Source of the DNA: Bugula neritina | Lineage: Eukaryota; Animalia; Bryozoa | DNA: 64,000 nucleotides | Assembly: GCA_964035545.1 (NCBI GenBank) | Contig: OZ037772.1 | Location: 1,984,001 to 2,048,000 of the forward strand | Direction: 5' to 3' | Shown here: positions 25,117 through 37,506 of the stretch, one piece after another | Layout: each line of letters starts with the position of its first letter | Numbering within the stretch: position 1 is the first letter of the stretch | The notes under the pieces: generated by a model | Seen by the model: the letters and a program-made list of their open reading frames with translations, nothing else | What the model was told of the DNA's origin: nothing | Database searches by the model: none | Position numbers and translations under genes: made by a program

Positions 25117-26260
25117 GTTAGATACTGCCTACATGTCTCTATCCTAGCAGCTAATTGCACGACCATATATGGAAGTATGCAATTGTATGCCCAGTATTTA
25201 TCTCTGTGGCCATATATGGTAACGAATGTCTTTGTGCATGTCCATATTTGGCAATATGTATCTGCGTGACCATATATGGTATGAAAATATTTTATGATGA
25301 ACTGTTTCTATGATGCATGTAGCTGTATGCGTTTATATGACCATATTATATAACAGCAATATGGATGACAGTTGATGAATGTATGCATTTCTATGACCTT
25401 ATAGCTGTATATTTCTTCATGACTGTATTTAGTAGTAAACTATCTCTTTGTTCATGATATAATATCTATTAGGCAGATTTTCTATTACACATCAGGTCTA
25501 CTCTGACAGTAGCCTGTATACATATAGATATCATTTACTGACTGGATGTTTTTCCTAACATTTCCCATAGCTTTTTTCGTGGCTCGAACCTATTATTTCG
25601 TGTTTACTAGGCAAACCCTCGAACCCCTAGACCATGTCTGCTGTATATTATATATTTATATGGGTGTCAGTGTGAAGTTCCGGTTTGTAGGAGAACCTGG
25701 TTTAATTGGACCACAGGGACTCAGTGGATGAGATGGAGAAGATGGAGCTCCTGGTTTACAGGTATTTCAAAAACTATTCTGAAACTCATACTTTTATTGT
25801 TCATTGTCTATGTATTCTCCACCATATTTTTACTAGAAGTAAACTTTAATTCAGTAATAAGTTAAAATAAATTGTTGTTTTGCATTGTACAGTTTATTAT
25901 TGCCTGAATCTTGTAATAAGAATATTGATTAGTTTTACAATATCAGAGTAGGGATGTTATTGGCTACTCTGTTCTGTTCTGCAGGGCTTCAGAGGAGACG
26001 AGGGGAAACGGGATTGCCCTGGAAAACCCGGACCTCAATGTCCAATGGAAGAGAGCCGGTCGACTGGGCTCAAGAGATTCCTCGGACCAGTCGGTGCTCC
26101 TGGTTATCCTGACCTGCAAGGACCGAGGTCGGTGAATAGTATCTTTGTGTGGCTCACTGCTTGTGTGGGAGTTGTCTCCTCTGAAATATTTGGAAGTGTA
26201 GCTTGAGTTCCTTGCCCTGTATTCTCAGTTAGCCACGCCTAGGTGTTTCACAGTTTATTA

Positions 26261-26419
26261 CAGGGTTGGGGTAATTGTAATTTGTAATTGTAATTGGTTG
26301 TATTTAATTACATTTTTTCAAGTAATTGAATGTAATTTGTGATTGATGTATGAAAATGTAATTGTAATTGTAATTAATTACTTATCTAATGTAATTGATT
26401 TTAACAATTACTTTACAAT
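26261..26419 (-). mobile_element. Truncated copy (right end) of the hAT-like MITE at 53040-54168
   Basis: cagggttggggtaattgtaatttgtaattg... is the reverse complement of ~54010-54168. Confidence 0.88.
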
Positions 26420-26434
26420 ATATATATATATATA

Positions 26435-26554
26435 TATATGCTATATGCTGGGATTCCCCTCACAGATATGCTATATGCTGGAATTCCCCTCACAGCTATT
26501 CTATATGCTGGGGTTTCCCTCACAGATATCCTATATTCTGGGTTTCCCTCACAG
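26435..26554. repeat. 30-bp minisatellite (ATATGCTATATGCTGGGATTCCCCTCACAG) x4
   Basis: Tandem units visible. Confidence 0.9.
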
Positions 26555-29500
26555 CTAGTCTGCACTGAGACAGGGTGTAGGCTAAGTAATCAAATTGAAT
26601 CCCAGGAGTGATTGTTACTTCAACTGACAGGATTACTATATGTATGATAGTTACTCTGACTGGTTTCCATGGATCATTTTTACCATACTGTTTACCACAT
26701 GATGCATTGTCTGAGTAAAAACAAGGAAACAAAGAAATATACCAGAAATGTTGAGAAATTTTGTGTTCCAGAATTAATAAATGACCACTTGTAGTGCATA
26801 CTGGTGCTGCTTGGCTCATAGGACAAGCCGGACAAGCTGGAGAACCTGGTCTGCATGGCAGAAATGGAAAGACAGGAGAAACTGGACAAACTGGTATGCC
26901 TGGTCCAACTGGCTCAAGGGGATTCACAGGAGAACCCGGATCTGATGGAAGGTAATATTTGTGTTTCACTTTGCCCTATTCAGCTTCTTGGAACTTTTTA
27001 TCTCTTTTGTTTTTATAATTTGTTGTCAATTTTCTCAGAGACGGTTTACCTGGAGTACCGGGTGCTGATGGTAGACCTGGGGAGCAGGGCGATCAAGGAC
27101 CTCCTGGCCCCATGGGTTCAGTCGGAATCCCCGGTAACCAGGGACCTGAAGGTGCTCAAGGAGACAAGGGTGATAAGGCAGGAACATTCTTTATTCAGTT
27201 TTCTATTTATTTCAGTTCTCTGGTTTTCCACTAGTCAATCTTTTAGTTGTTTATTTGTTTTAGTTTATTTATGTTGATACTAGAGTTGCTTCAATGACAT
27301 CACATCATGTAATATATTACATAACAGTGCAGTATAATACACCATAATATAATATGTTATACAATACAATATTGTTACAGAAAATATAATTCACTAATAT
27401 CTCACAGCTAAGTTGTGTCTCCTAAATATATTCATTACTATAGGGGCCAGCTGGGCCACAGGGTGCTTCTGGACCAACTGGATTGTCCGGGCCAACTGGT
27501 CCTCGGGGACCCCACGGAGCTTCTGGGAATTCCCGGCGAACAAGGACCTAAAGGTATGAATGAAGTTGAACCAATCTTTGTTCTTAGTTATTAGCCATCA
27601 ACAGAATCTTGACTCTAAGAGTTATCCTTCTTGGTAAGAAGGTAAGGCAACTCCTAACTCATGATAATATGAATATCATCTGTAAGACCCACTGGTTTCC
27701 AGGGACCGCAGGGATTCCCCGGAGCTCCCGGTATTGATGGTGAAAGGGGAGATGTTGGACCAGTGGGTATTGCTGGACCACCTGGGCTACGGGGTGCAGA
27801 CGGCAAACAAGGAATAACTGGTTCTCCTGGTGCTATGGGTGCTATGGGACCACCTGTACCTGATGGTGCTAAGGTAAACACTTACACTGCTAACAGGTTA
27901 TTGTTACTCATCTTGTTAGTTTAGTGGTAATAAACCAATAGTCTGTATTTCTAGGGTGAACAAGGGAGAGATGGGGAAATGGGTAGTCCTGGCAGACCTG
28001 GACCTCCTGGACTTCCTGGTGAAGCCCCAGTATTTGGTTAGTTATTAGCAAAACCAAGTTATTGTTCATTACTTGTATCTTTTTCATTCTCTTTCAACTG
28101 TGTATTGGTAATATTTTGGGAATTTCATCCATAGCCTGTGATTGAAGCTTTTATTTTATTCTACCATGGGTTATGTTAGGTGCTCCCCTATGATGATGAG
28201 TGCAATGATGTCCAACGGTAAAGGTGTACAAGCTGATGATGCAGGCGCCAACAATGAGCTTTATAATATGTACCTCAGTGAGTAATGGCCATGATGTGCT
28301 TTGATGTTGCCCGATTTGTAGCGGAAAAGATGTTTTAAATGCTGTTTCGGAACTCAAACGAAAGACTCGTTTCAAATTGTGTGTATGTTTTTGCAAATGA
28401 ACAATTTTATAATTAACTGTTGGAAACTATTGTAATAAAAATATAGACAGCTGTTATAATGTATTTCTCCTCCTAGCATTGATGATTGACATTCTTGTTT
28501 GATGAGTCACCTATTTAGTTCGCTTCTTCAGTCAAATGTTGCTACATTCTGACATATTATATAACGTTGGTTTTATTGCTGTTAGCTTACATTACTACTT
28601 CCACCTTATTTCTCTAGAAACAAAAGTAAGGGACGGGTCCAAAGACAGCCCTGTTAGGGACTGTAGAGAACTCTTCACTGAAAACCCAGAGTTCAAGAGT
28701 GGAACTTATTGGGTGAGAGAAGATACTGATATGTTTCTTTTTTTCTCTGCTCAGAAGAAATCCGTATCCAAGTCTTACGACTGAAATTCTGTGAACATGT
28801 TTTATATTCTGCAATTACTATTCCTGAGATGTCAATATAATGTCATGCGAAGTTTCCACAGATATTTAATGATTTGTTGTTTAGGAAGAAGAGTTTTCCC
28901 ATAAGTTGCCTGTATTACATAATTCTGTAGATTCAACAGCTGAACATGTTTTAGTAGTTTTATTTGATATTAGCATTATGTTAGTGTGAGATAGAGAAGT
29001 TGTATTCTCTATTGTTTGTTGTCAGGTGGATCCAGATGGTGGCTCCATAGCCAATGCTATCCAGGCTTACTGTCGCAAGGAAATGAAGAGCACTTGCATC
29101 AATGCCAAGACCTCCGAGTTTGCCACCAAATCGTACGTCACACAGCAGCTAGATAATCAGCCATTTGTTGCTAAACACATGGGAACAACAATTGTGAGTG
29201 TTTATCTTGCATCAACGATGACTTTCTCAGTAATACTTGAGAATATTTAAAAGTTTTATGTTGAGAATTGTCGCTATAGTAACATGTTGGTTTATTGTAT
29301 GGATTGTAGTTTGAGTATCAGGCAGAGTCTTCCCAACTCAACTTCTTTCGAATTCATTCTGAGAGAGCAAAGCAAACCCTGACTGACAGGTAATAGTCAC
29401 TGCTAACAGCTTATCAAATAGTCACTAGTCGCTAGTCACCAGATATTAGTCCTCTACTATGTTGCTAGTCACTTGATAATCTGAACAATCACTGGCTTCT

Positions 29501-29690
29501 TCTTAAGCTGAGCAAGTTGTTGGTATGACTATTCCTTTTACTGATTGTAGATGTATAAACTCAGTAGCAGTAGAAGACGCATGTGGTAGGAAGAATAAGT
29601 CAGACATTTTATATACAGCTGGTGATAAAGAATACACAGCAACAGATAGCAGGTTTCAATATTCCGTGCTGCAGGATGATTGCAAGGTAT

Positions 29691-29866
29691 GTAAATCTAA
29701 CCTGTATAATGTTAATCTGACCTGTATAGTGTAAATAAGACCTATATACTGTAAATCTGACGTATATAATGTAAATCTGACCTATATAGTGTAAATTTGA
29801 CTTATATAGTGTAAATCTGACCTATATAGTGTAAATCTAATCTATATAGTGTAAATTCTACCTACA
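29691..29866. repeat. 20-bp intronic minisatellite (GTAAATCTGACCTATATAGT), ~9 copies
   Basis: Tandem units visible. Confidence 0.9.
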
Positions 29867-30861
29867 TATGAACATGATTGCGATAGTTGCATCTTTTTTT
29901 CTATTAAGATACAATATAGCTTGCCTTTGAGGCTTTTTAACAACTACTAATGAGTTCAACCTAAAAGCACTTTGATTTCTGTGCAAGTTTAGAGTTTTGA
30001 GTTTGCTCTCTGCCATTTTGTAGTATTCCAAATACTATCAGAAGCTCAGACGGTGATTGAGATTGACACCAAGACCACCACTCACTTGTCTATTATTGAC
30101 ATAGCTCCTGGTGACATCAGGACCACCCACAAAGAGTTTGAGGTTCAGCTTGGAGAAGTCTGCTTTTCATAGACTCATATCTAACAACAGTTTTATTTGG
30201 CTGATTTGTAAGACTGTCCCTGATTAGATAATTAGTGGCCTATCAGAGAATGCAATCAATGTTTGGTTGGCTGAGACCAGCAGTCTGATTTTTATATATA
30301 ACCTAATTGTAAATGAAAGATTTGATTACTCTAAATAAATTTATCCGAGACTTCCAAGGCAGTGATGGTGATTTTTGTACATATAAATTTGAAGAAGTCT
30401 AGCTATAGGGTTTATACTGTTTTTTAATTATTACACCATAACCTGAGATTGTGAGTAGTGATTCTAGAATGAGATAGGGAGGGTGTTATGCCCCTCCCTG
30501 TGATTTATATATTTAGAAACTGTTGTTGATTTAGTAATTCTGTTGGTGCTACATTTTTGAATTTATTTAATCCAATCATTTCTCTAATATTCAAAATATA
30601 TTTTACCATACAGCACTACACAACTTATTTCTCAGCTTGTAGATTTCATCATCAAAATTATTGCAGTTTTCAGATCTGATTATTTAACCTATTCATCCTG
30701 AAATTCGACATTGTTAGTTTAAAATGGAATTTAACATATATTTTAGTTACTTAGTTCCAACTGTGTTGACCATATCAACATTTTAAATTTTACTTTGGCT
30801 GCTATGAAGTATATAAGCAAATGGCATTAAGTTATTAATATATAATAAGGTTTGCAAAGAC

Positions 30862-31260
30862 TTAATATACCAAGCAACTGTGACAAGACATGACAATAAC
30901 TCCAGCCAATCATACATAGGACTTTGTTCAACTACCTTCAAAACCAGACTCAACAACCATAAAGCCTCTTTCCTACATGCAGATAAAGCCAACAGCACAC
31001 AACTCAGCAGACACATCCGGGATTTAGAACAAAAATAACACGAAATTCAGCCTTATAAAATGGATAATTTTAAAATTTTGTAAATCTTACTAAAACCTAA
31101 TCAACAGATGTAACTTATGTAGCTATGAGAAATAATTAATTTTTAAACAACCGGAGTTATCCACTCTCAACAAACGCAAAGAGTGAAGTGTGAAAATTCC
31201 ATGCTAGTGACCTGCCACACACAGTACGTGTGTTGCGAGTGCAAATTATTATTAGCAAAT
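30862..31260 (+). mobile_element. Penelope-like element remnant (GIY-YIG endonuclease, decayed)
   Basis: Translates LIYQATVTRHDNNSSQSYIGLCSTTFKTRLNNHKASF..TQLSRHI, then after lesions IKWII..RCNLCSYEK..LNKRKE; typical C-terminal GIY-YIG of Penelope-like elements. Not in the ORF track. Confidence 0.85.
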
Positions 31261-31387
31261 GATGTTAGCGTTAAACTTTACTGCTTGCCTACAGATGTTT
31301 GTTTTTAAACAGCGTCACCGGGCAAAGTAATTTGGATATTATAAAAGCGGAAATGTAAAATATATAAAACTGTTTTAATTCAGCTCA

Positions 31388-33316
31388 GTATATTACGTTA
31401 TACAGTATATTATGTTATACAGTATATTATGTTATACAGTATATTATGTTATACAGTATATTATGTTATACAGTATACTATGTTATACAGTATATTATGT
31501 TATACAGTATATTATGTTATACAGTATACTATGTTATACAGTATACTATGTTATACAGTATATTATGTTATACAGTATATTATGTTATACAGTATATTAT
31601 GTTATACAGTATATTATGTTATACAGTATACTATGTTATGCAGTATATTATGTTATACAGTATATTATGTTATACAGTATATTATGTTATACAGTATATT
31701 ATGTTATACAGTATATTATGTTATACAGTATATTATGTTATATAGTATACTATGTTATACAGTATATTATGTTATACATTATATTATGTTATACAGTATA
31801 TTATGTTATACATTATATTATGTTATACAGTATATTATGTCATACAGTATATTATGTTATACAGTATATTATGTTATACAGTATATTATGTTATACAGTA
31901 TATTATGTTATACAGTATACTATGTTATACGGTATATTATGTTATACAGTATATTATGTTATACAATATATTATGTTATACAGTATATTATGTTATACAG
32001 TATATTATGTTATACAGTATATTATGTTATACAGTATATTATGTTATATAGTATACTATGTTATACAGTATACTATGTTATACAGTATACTATGTTATGC
32101 AGTATATTATGTTATACAGTATATTATGTTATACAGTATATTATGTTATACAGTATATTATGTTATACAGTATATTATGTTATACAGTATACTATGTTAT
32201 ACAGTATACTATGTTATACAGTATATTATGTTATACAGTATTTTATGTTATACAGTATACTATGTTATACAGTATATTATGTTATACAGTATACTATGTT
32301 ATACAGTATACTATGTTATACAGTATATTATGTTATACAGTATATTATGTTATACAGTATATTATGTTATACAGTATATTATGTTATACAGTATATTATG
32401 TTATACAGTATATTATGTTATACAGTATATTATGTTATACAGTATACTATGTCATACAGTATACTATGTTATACAGTATATTATGTTATACAGTATATTA
32501 TGTTATACAGTATACTATGTTATGCAGTATACTATGTCATACAGTATACTATGTTATACAGTATATTATGTTATACAGTATATTATGTTATACAGTATAC
32601 TATGTTATGCAGTATATTATGTTATACAGTATACTATGTTATACAGTATAATATGTTACACAGTATACTATGTTACACAGTATATTATGTTATACAGTAT
32701 ATTATGTTATACAGTATACTAAGTTATACAGCATATTATGTTATACAGTATATTATGTTATACAGTATATTATGTTATACAGTATACTATGTTATGCAGT
32801 ATATTATGTTATACAGTATATTATGTTATACAGTAAACTATGTTATACAGTATACTATGTTATACAGTATACTATGTTATACAGTATACTATGTTATACA
32901 GTATATTATGTTATACAGTATATTATGTTATACAGTATACTATGTTATACAGTATATTATGTTATACAGTATATTATGTTATACAGTATATATACTATGT
33001 TATACAGTATATTATGTTATACAGTATATTATGTTATAAAGTATATTATGTTATACAGTATACTATGTTATACAGTATATTATGTTATACAGTATATTAT
33101 GTTATACAGTATATTATGTTATACAGTATATATACTATGTTATACAGTATATTATGTTATACAGTATTTTATGTTATACAGTATACTATGTTATACATCA
33201 GTATATTATGTTATACAGTATTTTATGTTATACAGTATACTATGTTATACAGTATACTATGTTATACAGTATACTATGTTATACAGTATATTATGTTATA
33301 CAGTATATTATGTTAT
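31388..33316. repeat. 17-bp satellite (TATACAGTATATTATGT), >110 copies
   Basis: Homogeneous tandem array; source of the MLYSILCYTVYYVIQY ORFs. Confidence 0.98.
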
Positions 33317-33429
33317 ATTAATCAACATACAAATGAGATGCTCTTGTCAGTCTATCATTATACACTGGAACTGGGTTACTCTCTCACCTCCCCTCACCTT
33401 AGCTCAGCTAGACCAGATCTTCCCAAGTG

Positions 33430-34345
33430 ATGAATTTGGGCTTTTTTAGGGAAGATTTTTTTTTTCTAAAAATTTCTAAGTTTGTTACCAGCTCTTTGAG
33501 CTCTTGCCTTGTTTTCAATATTACATGTACTGCATATGTATAACTATAACTCCTTCATTTTATGTAGTTCATTTATTTATCTACACTACACTCTACAATC
33601 TAAGTTTACTTCTACATTCATGTGTCTAATATTCACTCTACTTTAGCTGCTACCCCTCCTACTACGAATGAAGGTTCAGAAGTTTGAATTGGAAGCAAAA
33701 CCAACAGGAAGTTTAAGCAGCAATGCAAGCTCATTTCTATAAACTATACACACTGCATACATACAGTGGATATATTTCCTGTGTTCCAGTACAATCATCA
33801 CATCATCACTCTTCATTATAGCAGCATCAATCCTTTCAAAGCTGAACTCAAGTTGTGACCTTGACATAATTCTATGATACAACTATCCTCACACTCAATA
33901 AGTTATTAGAAAAAGAACCTGTTCCAGAGATATCTTTCAAAAAGCATTTCTGCGAATATCCTTAAACTTTTAACGTTATTTCAACAGTATTTCCCTGAGC
34001 TACCTTCATAAGAGAGTTACATGAGAGTGTCATTGAGCTGGTTTGCAGTGAAGGATGATTTGCTGAATTCTGTGTTTCCACAAGCAAACTCTACCCACCC
34101 ATTGCTGACAATTTACACCATAACAGTTTCAGCACCACGTTTTTATATAAGGTAGGATGGGCTTAATATATGCTAATGGTTAGGAATCAGCAAAAAAACT
34201 GCCTTGACCTGCAAAGTGGCCTACAATGTGCAACTTGTCAAAAACCAAGTCAAACTTAAGCAAGCTGACACAATGTCATCAGCTGCAGCCATCATATTAA
34301 TAATTGAACTGCTCTGCGCTTTTTACATGCACAATATAATAATGA
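33430..34345 (-). mobile_element. Longer inverted copy of the CAGTGG-ended hAT-like family (see 37996-38506, 40659-41302)
   Basis: 33430-33680 is the reverse complement of ~41025-41265; 33820-33860 matches ~40835-40875; 34260-34340 matches ~38170-38245. Confidence 0.75.
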
Positions 34346-34519
34346 TAAAGAGACAAAGATTTTGTAAGGATTTTGTTACTAAAGGGGATATTGACATTAT
34401 GGGTATATTTGTAATTTGAAAATATACATTCTAAATTAGCTCAATTGAAAAATATGTACACTTGGTGCCCTGTATAATTTTTCAAAATTCAACTTAAGAG
34501 TTGTCTGTCTTCGACAGTA

Positions 34520-34761
34520 CAATATAGCGCTCCGCTCACTGAACGCAACATTTCTTTCACATGATTATTATAGAGCCGACCTTTGTAGTTGAGTGACGTA
34601 TTATAATCCTTCTGCGCGTAGAACTTCCTCGTTATTTTGGTTTTATTGTGCCTCATCTTAGTTACTAGTTACTAAGTGCCTGACCAGTTTAGTGACTGAC
34701 ACTATTGACTCACGTGAGGTGAGAACATTTTGAGTCATCTTATCATTTCTCAAATTGATCA
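34520..34761 (+). promoter_or_regulatory. Putative promoter and non-coding first exon of the TRIM gene
   Basis: Local CpG cluster in CpG-poor DNA, TGACGTA and CACGTG motifs, donor-like CAG|GTACTT at 34761. The first coding exon has an acceptor at 37483 upstream of its ATG. Confidence 0.4.
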
Positions 34762-36104
34762 GGTACTTTAATACTTACAGTTAGATTTACTATTACTATT
34801 ACAGTATTAGTATTTAGTATAAGTATTTAGTATTTTAGATTTATTTTTACTTTTAGTTTTAGTTTTACTTTTACTTTTAGCATTTAAGTTTAAGTGTAAG
34901 TCTAGGGTTATAAGTATAACTTATATAGTATATAATATAAGATTAAGTTAAAGGCTAAGGAATATAAATTATAAGTTATATAAATTAAAATACTTGTACT
35001 TATAGTTATAATATTAATTAAATAATATTAATTGTTTCTCTTTGAGTCTTTAACTTGAAATTTACAATAGTAATACCATAGCCCATAGTCATATGATTAT
35101 GATCGATAATTAATTAATTATAATCATAATGATTAATCAAATAATATAAATATGATTGTATTAATTATTTATTGATATTAAATTATTTATTATTATAATA
35201 AATTTAATCGACTTCAAGCTTGGGTTCAAGTTTTAATAGTAATACTGAAAAATTGATCTACTAGTACTAAACTACTACTAGTAGTAGTAGTAGTACTAGT
35301 ACTTGTAGTGCGATTACAGATTACTATTACTTAGTATTACTATTAGTCTATTAGTATTACATGTACTATTAGATTACTATTAGGATTGCTATTCGATTTA
35401 GTGTTGGTATAACTATAAGAATTGAGAGTAAGTATTTCACTTTCACACTATTTTATTAATATTTGCATTAACTTTGAGTATTACTATTAGTAATCACAAT
35501 TAGTATTGATATTACATTTGCTATTACTACTACTATTACTATTAGTGTTGTTGTATGAGTAATTACTAATTAGTATTAGTATTTTTTACTCATTCCATTA
35601 CATTTACTATAAGTATAACTATAAAGTGTAAGTTACTATTACTGCTCTACTATAACTATTAGTATTAGATTTAGTGTTACAGTTGGTCTTACTGCCAGGT
35701 CCGCTACCATCATTAGATTTATTTCTAATGATAGTCTTGGTGATTATCACCCAATATTATCATTATCAGCATGAGCATAGCTTGACTTTGTTAAGTCAAC
35801 ATTTAACAAGTTATACTTGTAATAATTTTATTATAACCAGTGAATCACTTACCTTTACTTTGTGAATTTATGATTGTAACACTGAAAAATATTATCATAA
35901 TTATAATTGCAAATTTTTGAATTAATGTTACACTTACTCAATTTGAATATCAGGATATCTTACCACTGGCACTAGCCAGTTTTCAATCACAATGCATAGT
36001 GATCACTGCATGTGATACATTGTCATACCCTGCACATTCCAATGCACTGCCCTTCTCTATTCATTGCGAATAGCATATTTATTTGGCTTATATTATTTTA
36101 CTCA

Positions 36105-36379
36105 GCCTAGGGCCACACAGTGCGAAAATTGAAATCACAAGTAGCAAAGGCGTCCACTGTAGCATCAGTGATGCGTGATAAATAAAGCTTTCTTTTTTAA
36201 ATCGCACTCGCTTGCAATAAAACGCAATTTACTGGAATGTAGCACTAAAATAAAGAAATTGGGCTCGCTGAATAACTACCAGTCAATTAGGTGACCACGA
36301 CAGAGACGATTCCGCACTTGCGCACAGTGGACACCTTTGCTACTTGTGATTTCAATTTTCGCACCGTGTGGCCCTAGGC
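36105..36379. mobile_element. MITE with ~56-bp TIRs and 3-bp TCA TSD (PIF/Harbinger-type)
   Basis: gcctagggccacacagtgcgaaaattgaaatcacaagtagcaaaggcgtccactgt and its reverse complement (2 mismatches); TCA at 36102-04 and 36380-82. Confidence 0.9.
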
Positions 36380-37506
36380 TCAGTGTTGATTATACAACTA
36401 ACATGTACTGCACTGCTCTAATTTATGTAGCAACACTTGGTAGTTGCTGCTATCTTTACTTCTAAATTTGTGTCATTTAAAAACTAACATATTTGCATAA
36501 TAGGTATTAAAATTTAAGTTACATAATTGGAATTTGACTATTCTATAAATTACTGAGAATATAAGGTTAACCACATTTATATGATGTTGTAGACATAAAA
36601 TATGAGGTTAGTGTTAATAAATCATTTGCTAGGTAAGAGTGTAGAATAAATAATTGGCTAGAGATGAGTGTAGAAGCTGCCAACTCGTGAAATAGCTACA
36701 CCTGACCTAGAAGAAGCACAAACTTGTTAAATTAGTATGTTTCACACCACCATAGTTTCTATTAGATGATTTGAATAGCAAAGGTGGTGGAAGGGTGAAT
36801 CTAAGTAACATATTAACCAATGCATCACCAATATTGCAGAGATGTTAAAATAAGTTTTTTAATTTAGATTATTAAAATAACAAATAATTTTTAACACCCA
36901 GCACAAAATATTTCATGAAACTATGTTTTCTCCCACTGCTAAGTTTCCCCCTGTTTTGTGTCTTAGCCTGAGCCCACGCTATGTATCTAGCCCAAAAATG
37001 GACTGGTAACATTGTAAAAATGGCTGATATTTTACTTTATGGCAAAGTCTGTATGCAGATAAGCAGCTGAGCCCAATTGTGCTGTTTGTTCATAAAAGTA
37101 ATACATAACTCACTGGTATTCATGTTTCACTTCTCCTCTATATATTAGAAACACTTGATTAGTGGTGTTCAATAGAAGTAGAATAATAGTGTTCACTGAA
37201 GCACACAACATTGCTTCATATTTACTGTATATGGAGTTTGAGTCTACAGCAAAAACCTATTCAGTGATTACAATGGAAACAATACAGCCTTTGTTAGAGA
37301 GTTAAAGCTGTGAGCTCAGCATGTTGTAGCTGGCTATCATGTATACCAGTGTTATTAACTGCCTTTGTGTGACATTATTTTTCACTTTATTTTGTATGGT
37401 TTGTTGTTAATGGTTAAGTCTTTGATTTGGAAACCTTCAAATAGTGTGAAATATTATGCTAAGAGTATGTGTATCTTTCACAGCACTTCCTTATTATATA
37501 ACCAAG

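Larger units (their letters stand above)
25691..30172 (+). pseudogene. Fibrillar collagen alpha-chain-like pseudogene (short Gly-X-Y region, C-telopeptide, COLFI C-propeptide)
   Basis: Gly-X-Y exons: 25691-25761, 25985-~26128, ~26797-26951, 27039-27177, 27444-27553, 27686-27873, 27955-28036. QADDA (BMP-1-site-like) at 28229-43. COLFI exons: 28618-28712 (DGSKDSPVRDCREL..SGTYW), 29026-29193 (VDPDGG..AYC), 29310-29389, 29551-29686, 30024-30172 (..IIDIAPGD..LGEVCFS*). Lesions: TGA at 25729, +1 frameshift ~27525, frameshift ~30036, acceptor AG>AA at 27685, many Gly substitutions. Confidence 0.92.

Noticed and set aside
31412-33449. Long MLYSILCYTVYYVIQY ORFs
   Set aside because: Translations of the 17-bp satellite in all frames.
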